Assembly: GCF_964204645.1 (NCBI RefSeq)
Contig: NC_134030.1
Location: forward strand, 12,049,947 to 12,113,946
Source: Tubulanus polymorphus
Lineage: Eukaryota > Animalia > Nemertea
Length of the DNA: 64,000 bases
Direction: 5' to 3'
The first letter of the stretch is position 1. The number at the start of each line of letters is the position of its first letter. A model generated the notes under the pieces. That model saw only the letters and a list, made by a program, of their open reading frames with translations. It did not search any database and was not told the DNA's origin. Made by a program: the position numbers and the translations under genes. Below, piece after piece: positions 28,092 through 40,809 of this stretch.

Positions 28092-31000
28092 GTATGTTAA
28101 ATCAAACGATGTTTAATGTCCTTTATTTCTTGTCATACTTACGTCCGAATGAAGTGGAATACTTTGAAATGATTGCTATTCTTTGATCGCATATTACAAT
28201 GTACTTCTAAATCGAATATTTATATTTCACGTAGTCATAACGGTATCTACGTTATTTTTTATCAGCGATATTTGATTATTTCGTTATATGAATGTTTGAG
28301 AATATATCTGTAAGAATAAGTAAACTTCAGTACGTACGTAATATTCTAATCATAATTTTTGACAATTGGAATATATTCTGCAAAGATAAAGGTAATCATC
28401 TTTGTTCTTCGAAAAAAATTTCCAAAATATAGATTTAAAATACATACGTATATACAAAATGAATAAAACAATCTCTCTGAATTTTCGTTCACAGTACTAC
28501 TTACTTAATAAAGACCTATTTTATTATGTAAATTTTGAAAGTTAGTAGCTACACATAAACAAATAAGTACAAAAACCGAAATCACGAGGGATTGTGATTC
28601 AATTACGAGGGATTGTGAGTGATTCAATTTATAATATTTGTACATACAATGCGATATTGATCTGTTGGAGCAGGTGCATTATTTAGTGTGAACTAGGCTA
28701 ATGCTATGGCACGCATGTCAACCCCTTTCATCATTTGTCGGTATTGAAACCGACAAGCATAAGGTACAATGACACCGGGTATGATTCCTATGCGCACTTG
28801 TTATGGTTATCGGTTCTTTTGTTCAAACATCATTACGAAAATATAAGCGCATCGTAGTTAGGCATAAGTCAAACAATAAACAATTCTAATTAGGTTCATG
28901 GCAAATTTGAGTTCAATTTATGAGGCCGAAATCATTTTTGTGTCGCGTTTAACCGGGAAATAGTTTTACGAAATTCTAGATACCGGTACTACGCTGATAG
29001 TACGTAATGCTAAATCAAAAATGTCGTTTGCATCGCAAGAAAAACGTTAGCTCAAGTTTTAGATCATTAATTCTGGAAACGCACGAACCAATCAATTCTT
29101 TTTGGTAGTCGTGATCTAATACGCACATCCAGCAGTTGAAGTATGTATAATCATTAACTTACATCTAATTGTCGCAACTTGAGGGCTCTCATAAAACGCA
29201 CACAGCAGAAGTGTATCGGTCATTAATCTGATGACGCTTGAATAACCTGTGTTATTTTCAAGAAACATTCCATCTCCAGCTTCCCCTACACGGTTTCAGA
29301 TTTATTCACCACACTGCTATCTAGAATTGAAAATCTCTGTTTCGTTACAGAATTATATCCGGCTATCGATGGCGCTGACACAACTGTCGAGTTCCTAACC
29401 GAAGTAGTAGATATTCTTATCGACTATATAAAACGAGTGAATGACCGTTCTTCAAAGGTACTGGATTTCCATCACCCGCACCAGTTGAAGGAAGCCCTCG
29501 ACCATTGCCTCGAGATTCCCGAAACCCCTCGCGACCTCGAACAGGTCCTTAGCGACTGCAAAGAAACGTTGAAATATGGAGTGAAAACAGGTTCGTAATC
29601 ATTTTATTCGCATAGACGCAGGTGCAAAATCCCAGAAAGATATATCGCTGCAATGACAATACATGTGTATCATAAGTGAATTTTAGTGGATTTGATATTC
29701 TTAAAGAGTGTTTCCCTGCAACTCTCAACTATCCTCTGCTTTAATAATGTCTTCGATTTACTGTCTGCAATTAACTGTCACAGATTCTTTATTCTCACAT
29801 TCGAATTTCAACTACCGATTACTCCAATCTACTAAATTCATTGCCAACTTGTGAATTTTGAAAGATGTTCATGACGATTCAGTCAGCATAACTGCCATTA
29901 TGTATATAGTGTGTAACTTTGAAGTTCGCTGATATTCGTCGGCGTACTGGGATGCGTAACGATCGATATGAAACCATCTGTGAATTTCTCAAGAAGGATT
30001 GTCATCCGGATAGAATCACTTAACATGCGCCGAAATGAGGACTAATCGCCTCGCAAAGGACTTTCTAGAGATACTATTTCTTAAGCGATTATTCGTCTCA
30101 GAATGGCCGTTTCGTTCGCAATACAGCCAATGTCCTGTAAAACAAAATAAATCAAATACATTTCTAAAATGCAGGCAGGTAATGCCAATAATAAATGTAT
30201 TCATATTTTGAAATGCAATCGAAATTCAGTCGCACTCTCCTCGCCTTAGATAAAGCTTGTTCAAAATATTTGGAATGATTTCCTTTTTTCATTCCCTAAT
30301 ATAATGATGAAACCATCCTTCGACAAAACCACCACGAACCTCTTACCGGCTGTGCCATGGATCCCGGGGGAGGAAATCAATAACGAGTCTTCCTAAAGGA
30401 AGATGTTGGCGAAACTAAACAGAGGTATATCAATAACCAGATAGGGAGCTTACAAGATGGAAAAGCTTACAATAGAACAGAAAAACTGCAGCAAGACGAT
30501 ATCTACATCTTTGATCACTTTACACGACACATTCTTTCCTTCAGGGGCGCATCTCACAATGTGATTCAAAACATTATACATAGAATAGGATTGTGTTCGT
30601 ATTTCTTAATTTACCATACACACAAATCTCGTGCTTTTACCCATCTTCTAGGAGCTGAGTAGAAGCATTCTATCCGTAACGTTAGTGTACCACTGGAATT
30701 TTATTTTTTGATCGTCAATGTAGATTTCTATACGTAATTCATAAACTGCACCGAGTACGAATTGATTTTGCTTGATCGTAGATTAATAACTTTCAAATAT
30801 CATACCTTTTAGATGACAATAAACTTCCATACCTAGGCCAATATATTCTAGGCTTATTAAACCAAAGGCGACTACTTTATCACATCACTGATCTGGAAAT
30901 TTGAGAAATCTTAGGCTTAATACAATGTTTGCGTACTGAATGAAGAATTATCGATATCTGAATTTGTAAAAAGCTATCCATGCGATGAATTCATATTTTC

Positions 31001-34000
31001 AGGTCTAAGATTTTTGAAGCATCTGTGATATCATTAATATACAATAGAAATAAAAGGGATCGTTGAATTGAACCTTGTGGTATTCCTGAAATAACAGGTT
31101 TAAAATTTGATAATGCTGAGTTAATGCTGTTTATTGGTGTCAATCTGTTAGGTACCTCATAAACCATGTGTTCGTAATACCTCTTATGCCATAATGATTA
31201 ATGATTCATTTTGTACAGTAAAGTCGAATGATCTATTGTATCAAAGGACTTTTAAGATCAAGTAAAATAAGGGCTGTAATTTTGCCATCTTCATATTATT
31301 CCTCTCGGTCAAGTATATTGCATTTGATTAATTTTTCACCCAAAGTAAATTTAGTTACGAAATTCGTCATAACGCTATTAAAAGCGTTTCAAGTTAATGC
31401 GTACGTATCCAATAGAAATCATTCTTATGGCGATGTAAACTTGATTGGTAGGTTTGCCATAAGGAGTAACGCTGAACTCAATTATGTTCATTGAATATTA
31501 CAAGATTAATATTTACAATTTCACAGGGCATCCAAGATTCTTCAACCAGCTTTCGAGCGGATTGGATATGATTGCCGTCGCGGGAGAATGGCTAACGGCT
31601 ACAGCCAATACTAATATGTAAGTAATTGAACAAGAAGTGCCCAGTGATACAAATAGAAATTTTAACAAATACATGTACATACATCTGAATTTCCAGGTTT
31701 ACATACGAGATCGCACCAGTCTTTACGTTGATGGAAGAAGTGACACTTCAGAAAATGCGAGAATACATAGGCTGGCAAGAAGGTGACGGAATATTTGCAC
31801 CAGGTGGGTAACTGCAAAGGATTTCTCCAAGTGAATCATTCTGGTAACTACAAATTGATTTTGCTCTAAACATCCGATACATTGAGCTTAACTTTTTTTC
31901 TAGGGGGTGCGATATCGAATCTGTATGCGGTTCATGCAGCACGTCACAAGTTCTTCCCAGAATGTAAAGTAAAGGGTATGAAGGCAATTCCAAGAATATG
32001 TATTTTTACGAGTGAACAGGTTTGTTTAATTAGAAATAGCAAACTCTTCGATATCATACTACGTAAGTCACTTAACGAGCAGTTCGGTGGAGACGATCAT
32101 CTTTATTCAACGAAAATATAAGCTGTGATAAAATTGTGATTAAATCTGTCGATTTACGGGACATTTCAACATGTCACCAAGCACTTTAACTTATAGCAAG
32201 AGGATTTCCCAATAAAGGAAGTAAGCTTCCTACGATCAATCAGATGTCGGAATGTTTTCCAACATTTTACTGCCCGCCCTTTCACGTGAATGCACGATAA
32301 TTCATCAAAGCGAAAATCTGAAGCAAGTAGCAGTTTAATCAATGACACATTTGGTGAAGCAAATTGCATATATTCTCGGATATGAAGCCCGAGGTGACAG
32401 AAACATGTGCTGACGTAAAGTATCGATATTTCCTGTGAATAAATGTGTCGAACACAAATTGCAGTCTGGTTAGACGTATCTTTGTATTTTCTGGTGATGT
32501 ACACCGTAAGGAAATACTGATCACCTAAAACATTAATTGTTCTAGACATTACGATATTGCGTTGAAATCCGAAATGCTAGTACACATACGTTATTTGATG
32601 CGTAGATAATCAAACTAAATACGTTTTTGTCAGGCCATAGGGTGTTTTAATTTTGATATGAATATCAACACGATATCGCGAATACACTGTCAAGATCAAA
32701 AACTTAATATTTTACTCGTCAAAACTTATTTTGACACGTATGACACGTATTAATGGTGTTTTGATTTCGACAGTATAACATTAGTGTTTGACGCATCAGA
32801 TACGTATAATGCTTTAATTTTGACAGAATATCTACATACCGATTGTGGATGCGTCAAATGAATTAGTTTTGACGATAAACCATGATAGCGATTAGGTTTT
32901 TTTGAGTATATCGGAGATCGGTTTTGATGCGTTAATTGTGTTGTTTTGCTCGTCAAAATGCCTAAATTGAATGTAGTCTTGGCGGGTTAAGAAAATCGAA
33001 GTAAAATATGCAAGGTTGACGAGTGAAATGCGAAAGTTTGACGGGTAAATGTTTGATTTTGACAGTACACCTATATATCATAAAAAAAGATGATCAGATG
33101 ATACATGCATCGAATCCAACAACTATTTATATAATTTCAATTGTTAACGCTTGGACTGCGGGACGTAACAGCAACTAACATACATTTCAGAGTCATTTTT
33201 CATTGAAACAAGCTGGAGCAGTACTAGGATTTGGCACGGAGAGTGTCATTACTGTAACTTGTGATGAAAGGTAAGAATTGGAATATTTATCTTAGAATTG
33301 AATATTTTACATGCCCGTTGCGTCACTGATTTTATGGGCAGTTCGTTTTCTCGACGGTCAAAGGCTCGAAGGCAAATGCTTATGCTTGCCTTTTTATCTG
33401 ATTCGTATGGTACCCGGTACTGATTCATATCTAAATTCGGCGCTACTTATCTATTTAGAGGAAAAATGATCCCCGATGTTTTAGAAGAGAAGATACTAGA
33501 GGCGAAAGCGAACAACATCACCCCGTTTTTTGTGAGTTGTACAGCTGGTACAACGGTTCTAGGAGCATTCGATCCAATCAAATCCATTGCAGAAATTTGC
33601 GAACGGTACAATCTTTGGATGCATGTTGACGTAAGTTTCTCAAAAGCAAAAAGATTGATTTCGAAGTCCCATTTTACAAAGGTTATCGTGATTAGATTGA
33701 ATTTTGTGAGTTATTGACGATGAGAATATTACCATTAGTGACAAACAATAATTTCACTAATAGCTCTCTGGTAAATAAGCGATTTGCACGCACGTGTATT
33801 TCAGCCTACAGTTTTATTATCTTTCATACATATCACTGCTATTTATTACGCACGTACGATGCGATATTTTGCAAATTCACGCTTTTTTCATTTTTCTCGG
33901 GTATATGTTGATGTAGAGGTTCTCTACGCAAGAACCTCTTCGGTGGCGCTGAAAGTGTATCAACATTCTAGCGTGCGATTTCTTTGTAGCACGTCTTTCG

Positions 34001-37000
34001 TGACTTAATTCGCGCTATAGACTGGCTGTGACACCTTTCAAAACGTTTTACCGCCAAGCGACAATTATACTTAACTGTACACCATCGTCATCGACTCTAT
34101 TTCACTAGCACTATGACATTCTAAAGGGTATTGAATATACGTAATCTTTGTAAGAATATATAGGTACAAAGAACTTCAGAGAATTTCCAAATACAGTTGT
34201 TTTAAGCCAGCATTCTTTTGTGCATCTTTGATACGTTGATTTTCAACCCATTAACATTTCGCATTTTTTTCTGGACGCTGTTCCCAGATGGAACCAAGGC
34301 TTAACGAAGTGCGGCTTAGTAAGCGTTTAAAACTGGAGTTTGGGAGGGGGATCCTGTCCTACATAGAAGGCCGGGAGATTGTGTTGTTGTGACGGTTGCT
34401 GTGTTTATCTTGACGAATATGTTTTACTTCTGGAGAATCCTTAATAAGAATTGCCACCGAATCCCCGAAAAAGTCAATAAAGATTCTTTCCCGATTCGAG
34501 TCGAATCATAGAAATAGAATGCGTTACTGCAATGGCTTCTCCTTATAAGAAAAGCGTACGTTATATTTGGACCGTATCTATTTGTAGTGCGCATGGGGTG
34601 GTGGTGTATTGTTGAGTTCGAAGCACAGACATGTGACAGCAGGTATTGAAAGGTAGGCGCATAAGAATGCGATGACTTCGACATTAATATTTCAATTATT
34701 CTAATTTTCAGGCAAATTACTAACCATTTTTTCCGGCCATATAAATAGTGACTACGATTATCTCACTATTACCAATCATCTCGATAAATGATTGTTTAAA
34801 AAGGTGTTTGTTTACGATATGACGTACGTAAATGCCGTATGCTCTATTTTCAGGGCGGATTCGGTCACTTGGAATCCTCATAAGATGATGGGGGCAACTT
34901 TACAATGCTCAGCTGTATTAGTGAAAGACAAGGTAAGAATAAAAAACATTTCGTTGATTGAGCACATACATATATTTTCATATACAGTTTGATCTGTTTT
35001 GCAAATAATTGATTTTTTGATTGAAAATTTTAGTCACTTTGGCCTCAGAATTATGGTTTTTCCAAATATAGATATTTGCAAACGCGTTGGAAATTTATTT
35101 TGAGCAGTTGAAAAATATACAGAAAATTATTCATTACTAATTCGGGATCATCAACTAAAAGAAAAAAACTGTGATCAGTAAAAGTAAACAGCAGTACTGG
35201 TTAGAAAGGGTCTGGTGCTGTGCTACGTTAGCAATGTTCATAGAAATATCGATGCCCTCGACATCTTGCACGAAAAGTTTAAGTCTAAATGCCGAAGACC
35301 AATCATCTTGATGTTGCATACGTGTGGGTAGATCGTACACAAGATGACCCGTGATCTTTTTTGTGACAACGAGGTTGGCCTGAATTCCGAACCCTGTAGC
35401 TTCTGGATCCTTTGGCTTTTTGATTGAAGTTCGTGATGGGTATATTTTTGGGAAGGGGTCTTTAACATTATCCTCTTACATTTAACGATGGGCTTTTGAT
35501 GATAGACAACACAACATCACCTCACATGGAACAGCGATGACGCTTATTTTTTTCTCCCCACCAGAGGGCGATAGACATTGAATCTTATACACGTAACCTC
35601 TTTATATTGGTGCCTACGCATAATTCGTAGCTACAATCAATTGCAAATATGTAATTCATAACATGTTATATGACCACGATGATTAATAAGTATGGGTTCG
35701 GTATCATAAAAATTCAGTTCAATGAGTTGAGCGAATTTTGACAACGTTCGTCACATTAGCTTTTACTGCGTTCTTCGGTCAGTGTTAAAGCAATTGACCG
35801 TTGACGGTCGACAGCTCTAGAGTAAACGATGAGAAGCGGTGGCAAACTGTTGATCTGTTTAATACAACCGAAGTGTCAGTCTTTTCATATGCCCTTAACT
35901 GCCATTTTTTCATTATTTTCATTGTTTCTCATAAATCCAGTGCGTACGTAGATAATCATAAGATTTACGGTTGCTAATTCGGGCCAAATTTTCACATTGC
36001 CCGTTTCTTTGTTTCATAGCGCGAGAAAAAAGCAAAGGTCAACTGCCAGAACCAGGTGCAATTCACACACTATCATTTTACTCCTGCTAAAATTTACCAA
36101 ATGGGCCTGTGCCTGTTTGGCCCGACCAAAAACGTCGGACCAGGTCCGAACCAAATTTTAGCACGGGGCGAATATTGCGTTTGAATAGCAACTGGTACGG
36201 AAGTGACTCACTTAGCATTGTTAAGTGTCGAGTGAGTGATTTGCGTGTGAGCGCGCTTTCCAAGTAGGCCAGATTTGGCTGGGGCCGGATCCCTGGCATT
36301 CTAGCTGCTCGTGTGAACAGTTCTTCCGGGCCGAAATGCTCGTGTAATCGCGGCATACACCTATTGAGGATCTAATTTTATAAAACGTCTTTCTATTCCA
36401 TATTACTGCGCTTTCATATTTCGTAAAGCATCGCAATATGATGCCGCATATCGGACTTAGGCCAGATATTGTCCAACGTCGCTTCATACAAAATTGTCAG
36501 GGGTTGAAATTTGAACACAAAAATACTGTTTTTTCCCGTGTGAAACATGTATTTTCAACTGTGTACGCGTTGGGCTTTATTTCGAGAATTTCTCTCTTCT
36601 GAAAAAGATATCCACTTACACGAGGAAACCGTAGTAATGTTATTCGATACAAGTGAATTGTAGAACGAGCGATGGGACCTTCTGTTTATTTGTCTATCAT
36701 CAAAAAATAGTTTAATACGACCCACTGTTATTGGAAAAGAATTATTTTGCTAAATTCTATTACAAGTGATACGAATTCTCGTGAGATAGGTCAATGATTA
36801 TTCGAGGTGTTAGTGGTTTAACCGTTTCCCTCTATTTTACATTAGAATATACTGGCAAGTTGTAACTCAATGCACGCTGACTATCTATTCCAACAAGACA
36901 AACATTATGATACCAGCTATGACACCGGTGACAAAGCAATCCAATGTGGGAGACATAATGACGTATTCAAACTTTGGCTCATGTGGAGAGCGAAGGTAGG

Positions 37001-39883
37001 AAAAGCTTGATTTACTTTATCAAATGTAGAAATCTGGGAAGCATTAGCACAGATTATACTAAAAAAGTGATGCGTTATATATTTATTCTTGCTTTTGAAT
37101 ATTGTTCGCGTAAAACACGAAATAGCGATTTATATCGAATTCTTCCCTTTTATTTCCTGCGACAAATATAAATCATTCATTTTCATACGGACATGTTAAA
37201 GCACCCGATGCGGTTAATGAACCAAATTATAGGTTGATCCCGTGCGGATATCATACAGTCGTTTGAACCCTGATAACCGTCAAACGACGCTTTTAGTTAT
37301 ATGTGGTACGTTTGACATCTATCTTATGGAATAAGAAGTTTATTTCCCTGAAACATAGCTTTCGTCTTAGTGAAAGCCTACGAATACCAATACTTGTATT
37401 GCACATTTGTAAATGTAGAAATGTATGGGGAAATTATATTTGTGCTTTTATGAATAGGGAATTAATCACCCAGCATGAAAGGTGTGCTGAGAAAAAAAGG
37501 TACAGCTTGGAATGGAGTTAACATCGTTGACGTTTATTTTCAGTTTTATTTGTGAACGTTTGAAATGCAAAATTATTGGCGTTTTGAAAAGAAATTAAAT
37601 GCGATTAAACTAAATTCTAAGGTCTACCGTAGCTTTCGTCATATTAAGACGTGACAAACTGTGATTGTAACTAACTCGACGATGCATTATCGTGTTATTT
37701 CCAGGGCGAATCTGGATTTGAATCACAGATAAATCGGATATTTGACTTGGCAAGGTAACATCTGCATAATGCACCATGTATATGTATCTCAATACAAAAA
37801 AGAATCTTAAAGAAATATTTGATTGATCAATTTCCTTGATCACGATGAAAGCCATGGCATCACAGACTAATTGGATCTGATAGTTCAGTTTCTTATCTTC
37901 CAGGTATCTGAGAGACAGTCTTCGTATGCTGGAGGGCTTTGAACTAGTTTTGGATGAGGTATGAAAGATCATTAATGAGCTCAAACAAACTTCAATAAAT
38001 TCCCCTTCACGCAACAAACGTGCACTGTGAAAAAGTTCGCGCACGAAAATAAGCGCCTGATCTTATATAAAAGAGATTTCACATTGACTTCATCATTTTT
38101 TTACCTTTTCTTCACAATATTTTATATACATGATTGTGTAGTCGTGTACTTAGTCCTAAGACAGATATTGCCCCTCTTATTTATTTGGTCTCTAGATTTG
38201 ATTTATTTGATTTGATTTGATATGGTGTCCCTTAGAAACCCACTGCACCTGCCGGGAATGAAACAGGGGTGTAATTGTGGAATAAGGAAATCGATTTACA
38301 TTGAGTGATCGGTCGAATTTACAGAACATTTTGCTTCAATCGAAGTACATAATTTCGGTTCCGGTTCATGTAAACAATCTTCCACCCAGCCTGAACCGGC
38401 AATCGACTGTGTGGGGTTGATTTTGTTGGCTGCCTTATTAAGTACATCGAGATTTGCAAGTAACTAATAGGGCTGAAGATCAAATTGTCAGTTTTCATAT
38501 TTTATCGTCTTCCACATGTAAATAGTCTTATTTAGTTATTTTAGTTTTTTGGTATAGATGATAGCCCTCTATATTGTTTGTCCCGCGTGTTGACTTGATT
38601 TTATTGATTATTAAAAAGCATCCTCCTCGGCAGGGATTCGAAGCTGATGGCATTGCGACTCACCACGGCACGAAACCCTATACCACATTAGCCACATTTC
38701 AATTCAGCCTGGGTTTTCCATTTCACGGTTTATCGGTGAAATTTTCCAAGGCAAATTTCACCGATTTCACTTGTATTTGACAAGAATACCGGCAATGTGA
38801 TTGGTATTGCAAGTTTTCTAGCGCTAAACATGCGCACCCGTAGTGTGGCAGGGTTTCGTGCCGTTGCTGAGTATTGATGCCATCAGATTCGAATCCTTGC
38901 CGGAGATCGGATGATCGAAGTACATCAAAACGAAAATTATACAGATACGGGTGTTGTCCTGGAATCCGAAGTATAGTTACATCGATGTGTAATTGTACGA
39001 GTTAACAAATATTTTATTTCTAGCCTGAATATACTAACGTATGCTTTTGGTATATACCGAAATTCCTGAAGGGAATACCACAAGGAAAATTGAAGGATGA
39101 CAAAGTTAATAAGGTATGGAAGCGTCCTCGATCCGGTTCCACAGTTATGAATTCTGATTGGGAATAAACTAATTTCAACTCGAAAGATAAATCTAACTCA
39201 GACTGTGGAACTGGGATAGAATTATTTCTCAAAATTTTGATGGTTAAACTATATTCAAAATTAGTCTGCGAACCCTATTGTTATTCTCCTGAATCCAGTT
39301 TTACAGTTGTGGGAGTTAACTCCAAGTTAAGGTTGGTTCATTTCCCAACTCCGATTCGTCTCCAAGCTGGGTCCTGTAATAGGCCGAGGGTCTTTCAGCT
39401 TTTCGCCGAAAACCCAATCGTAATTTTTCCGATTTGTTTGGCTGCGGCAACTAAGTATTACAAGACTACAGTAGAACAAACGCCATTTTGTATTTTAAGC
39501 GCATTATGACACTTCATGGGCACCAGGGTTAGTCGCTCGTGCAATTTTTAGTTCATTGTAAAATTCTTACAAGTTTGGTGCTAAATATTGATGTGCTGCC
39601 CATAAAGGAAGTTTTCTTTAGGATAATTATTTGTGCAGAAATTATCTATACTTATAGGGGCTAGCAATTTTGACATGGAAAGTCTCTTAAATAATTTCAG
39701 ATTGCGCCTAAGATAAAGTCAATGATGATGGAAAAAGGAACCACAATGGTCGGTTATCAGCCTCTCGGAGAAATTCCGAATTTCTTCAGAATGGTAATTT
39801 CAAACCCAGCTTCAGAGAAATGCGACATTGATTTTTTGCTAAGTGAGATATCTCGACTTGGTGAAGAAATTCAACCGTTCTAG
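27854..39883 (+). CDS. GAD: Glutamate decarboxylase (PLP-dependent group II decarboxylase), 14 exons, 571 aa
   Basis: All 13 introns are GT-AG with matching phases, and the exons total 1716 nt. Motifs include [79 protein letters not shown] (PLP lysine), [22 protein letters not shown] and [11 protein letters not shown]. Ser in NQLS and the overall GAD65/67-like sequence favour GAD over CSAD/GADL1. Confidence 0.97.
29351..29590 (+). CDS. GAD: GAD exon 2
   Basis: ttacag| LYPAIDG...[11 protein letters not shown]...KYGVKT G|gttcgt. Confidence 0.96.
30960..31320 (-). mobile_element. Non-LTR retrotransposon (CR1/L2-like) reverse transcriptase fragment in GAD intron 2
   Basis: - strand reads [24 protein letters not shown]...W...YL and SGIPQGSI...[10 protein letters not shown] (RT core motifs), with frameshifts. 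Confidence 0.85.
31527..31617 (+). CDS. GAD: GAD exon 3
   Basis: [29 protein letters not shown]; AT|gtaagt. Confidence 0.96.
31697..31803 (+). CDS. GAD: GAD exon 4
   Basis: [35 protein letters not shown]; G|gtgggt. Confidence 0.96.
31904..32019 (+). CDS. GAD: GAD exon 5
   Basis: [38 protein letters not shown]|gtttgt. Confidence 0.96.
33191..33270 (+). CDS. GAD: GAD exon 6
   Basis: [26 protein letters not shown]; AG|gtaaga. Confidence 0.96.
33459..33630 (+). CDS. GAD: GAD exon 7
   Basis: [12 protein letters not shown]...[12 protein letters not shown]...LWMHVD|gtaagt. Confidence 0.96.
34588..34652 (+). CDS. GAD: GAD exon 8
   Basis: tttgtag| [21 protein letters not shown]; AG|gtaggc. Confidence 0.94.
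34854..34932 (+). CDS. GAD: GAD exon 9 (PLP-binding lysine)
   Basis: [26 protein letters not shown]|gtaaga. Confidence 0.97.
36846..36995 (+). CDS. GAD: GAD exon 10
   Basis: [50 protein letters not shown]|gtagga. Confidence 0.97.
37705..37754 (+). CDS. GAD: GAD exon 11
   Basis: [16 protein letters not shown]; AG|gtaaca. Confidence 0.93.
37904..37958 (+). CDS. GAD: GAD exon 12
   Basis: cttccag|[19 protein letters not shown]|gtatga. Confidence 0.93.
38619..38913. mobile_element. Foldback element with tRNA-box-containing TIRs (diverged copy, GAD intron 12)
   Basis: CATCCTCC..GGCAGGGATTCGAAGCTGATGGCAT at the left end and the inverted GATGCCATCAGATTCGAATCCTTGCCGG..GGATG at the right end. No TSD preserved. 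Confidence 0.8.
39024..39113 (+). CDS. GAD: GAD exon 13
   Basis: [30 protein letters not shown]|gtatgg. Confidence 0.95.
39701..39883 (+). CDS. GAD: GAD exon 14 (last coding exon)
   Basis: [37 protein letters not shown]...[19 protein letters not shown] (TAG at 39881-39883). Confidence 0.96.
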   Translation: MAPKIKSMMMEKGTTMVGYQPLGEIPNFFRMVISNPASEKCDIDFLLSEISRLGEEIQPF

Positions 39884-40226
39884 ACTATATCCGTAGACGT
39901 ATAATGGCCCAAGCGTAGATCACGGTGAATAGTGGCACGGGCAGATTAGTGACTTACATCTTAGTAAATGAGACTTTAACCTAACCAAAATGTATCAACG
40001 CGAAATGAAATTTGGTTTACCTTTGTATACTTAACCGAAGACTGGTGTACATGTATAATCAAAGATGGACAAACATTACTGTCCCGGAAGTGCGGTTGTT
40101 CTTTTAGCCAAAGTACAGAATGATCCTGCCCATCGCTTTTTCCACAACATTCTTTCTACGCTTGGGTCAACGGAATTCAGTTCTACAGTGGAACCTTCAC
40201 GGGCCCAGAAAATATGTTCGTTGTAA

Positions 40227-40809
40227 GGCCACACCAAAAAACCTGTTTCTCGGGCTGGGCAATCACTAAAATGGGTAGGCAGGGATTTTTTTCTTTTTAT
40301 AGAAAAAGATTGTGAATATTCTTTTGAAAATGGGATAGGTCGCCGTAAATACTTTTTACTGGACCAAATCTTTAGTCAAGAATATGATTAACAGCTAGTA
40401 AACCACAATGATAAAAGGAAATCGAGGTGTTTGTACAGAACTATATTTTGAACATATTTCACGGAATTCCTGGAATTTACAATCTAAGGTTGATCATTGT
40501 CCGATTAGCAAAGTTGTCTGAGCGTGGCTGCACCATTTCCAGAATCAAATTGTTAAATCCGATGTAATAAGATATTCTTACGATGTTGATCTCAGTGCCG
40601 ACATCACGATTTGAAGAAGGAAATATATACGAGAATGGAGAATTTGGTAGTCGGTCGGCCACATATATATTTTTGAAAAATGTTAGTTCACCCAAAATTT
40701 TGAAAAAGGATCGGTAGGCAATTAAATTTTATTCTGAAAATGATTAGTTGGAACGACGAAATATCGGGTCGGTTGGGCCCGAGAAACGGGGTTTTCTTTT
40801 GGTGTGGCC
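40227..40809. mobile_element. PIF/Harbinger-type MITE downstream of the GAD stop codon
   Basis: TIRs GGCCACACCAAAA..CC.GTTTCTCGGGC / GCCCGAGAAACGGGG..TTTTGGTGTGGCC, with TAA/TTA flanks. Confidence 0.8.

Noticed and set aside
34330-34390. Possible duplicate (mutually exclusive) copy of GAD exon 8
   Set aside because: The G-rich stretch does not encode WGGG in any frame and lacks suitable splice sites.
37610-38044. 144-aa minus-strand ORF
   Set aside because: Antisense shadow of GAD exons 11-12 and adjacent introns, with no recognisable protein features.
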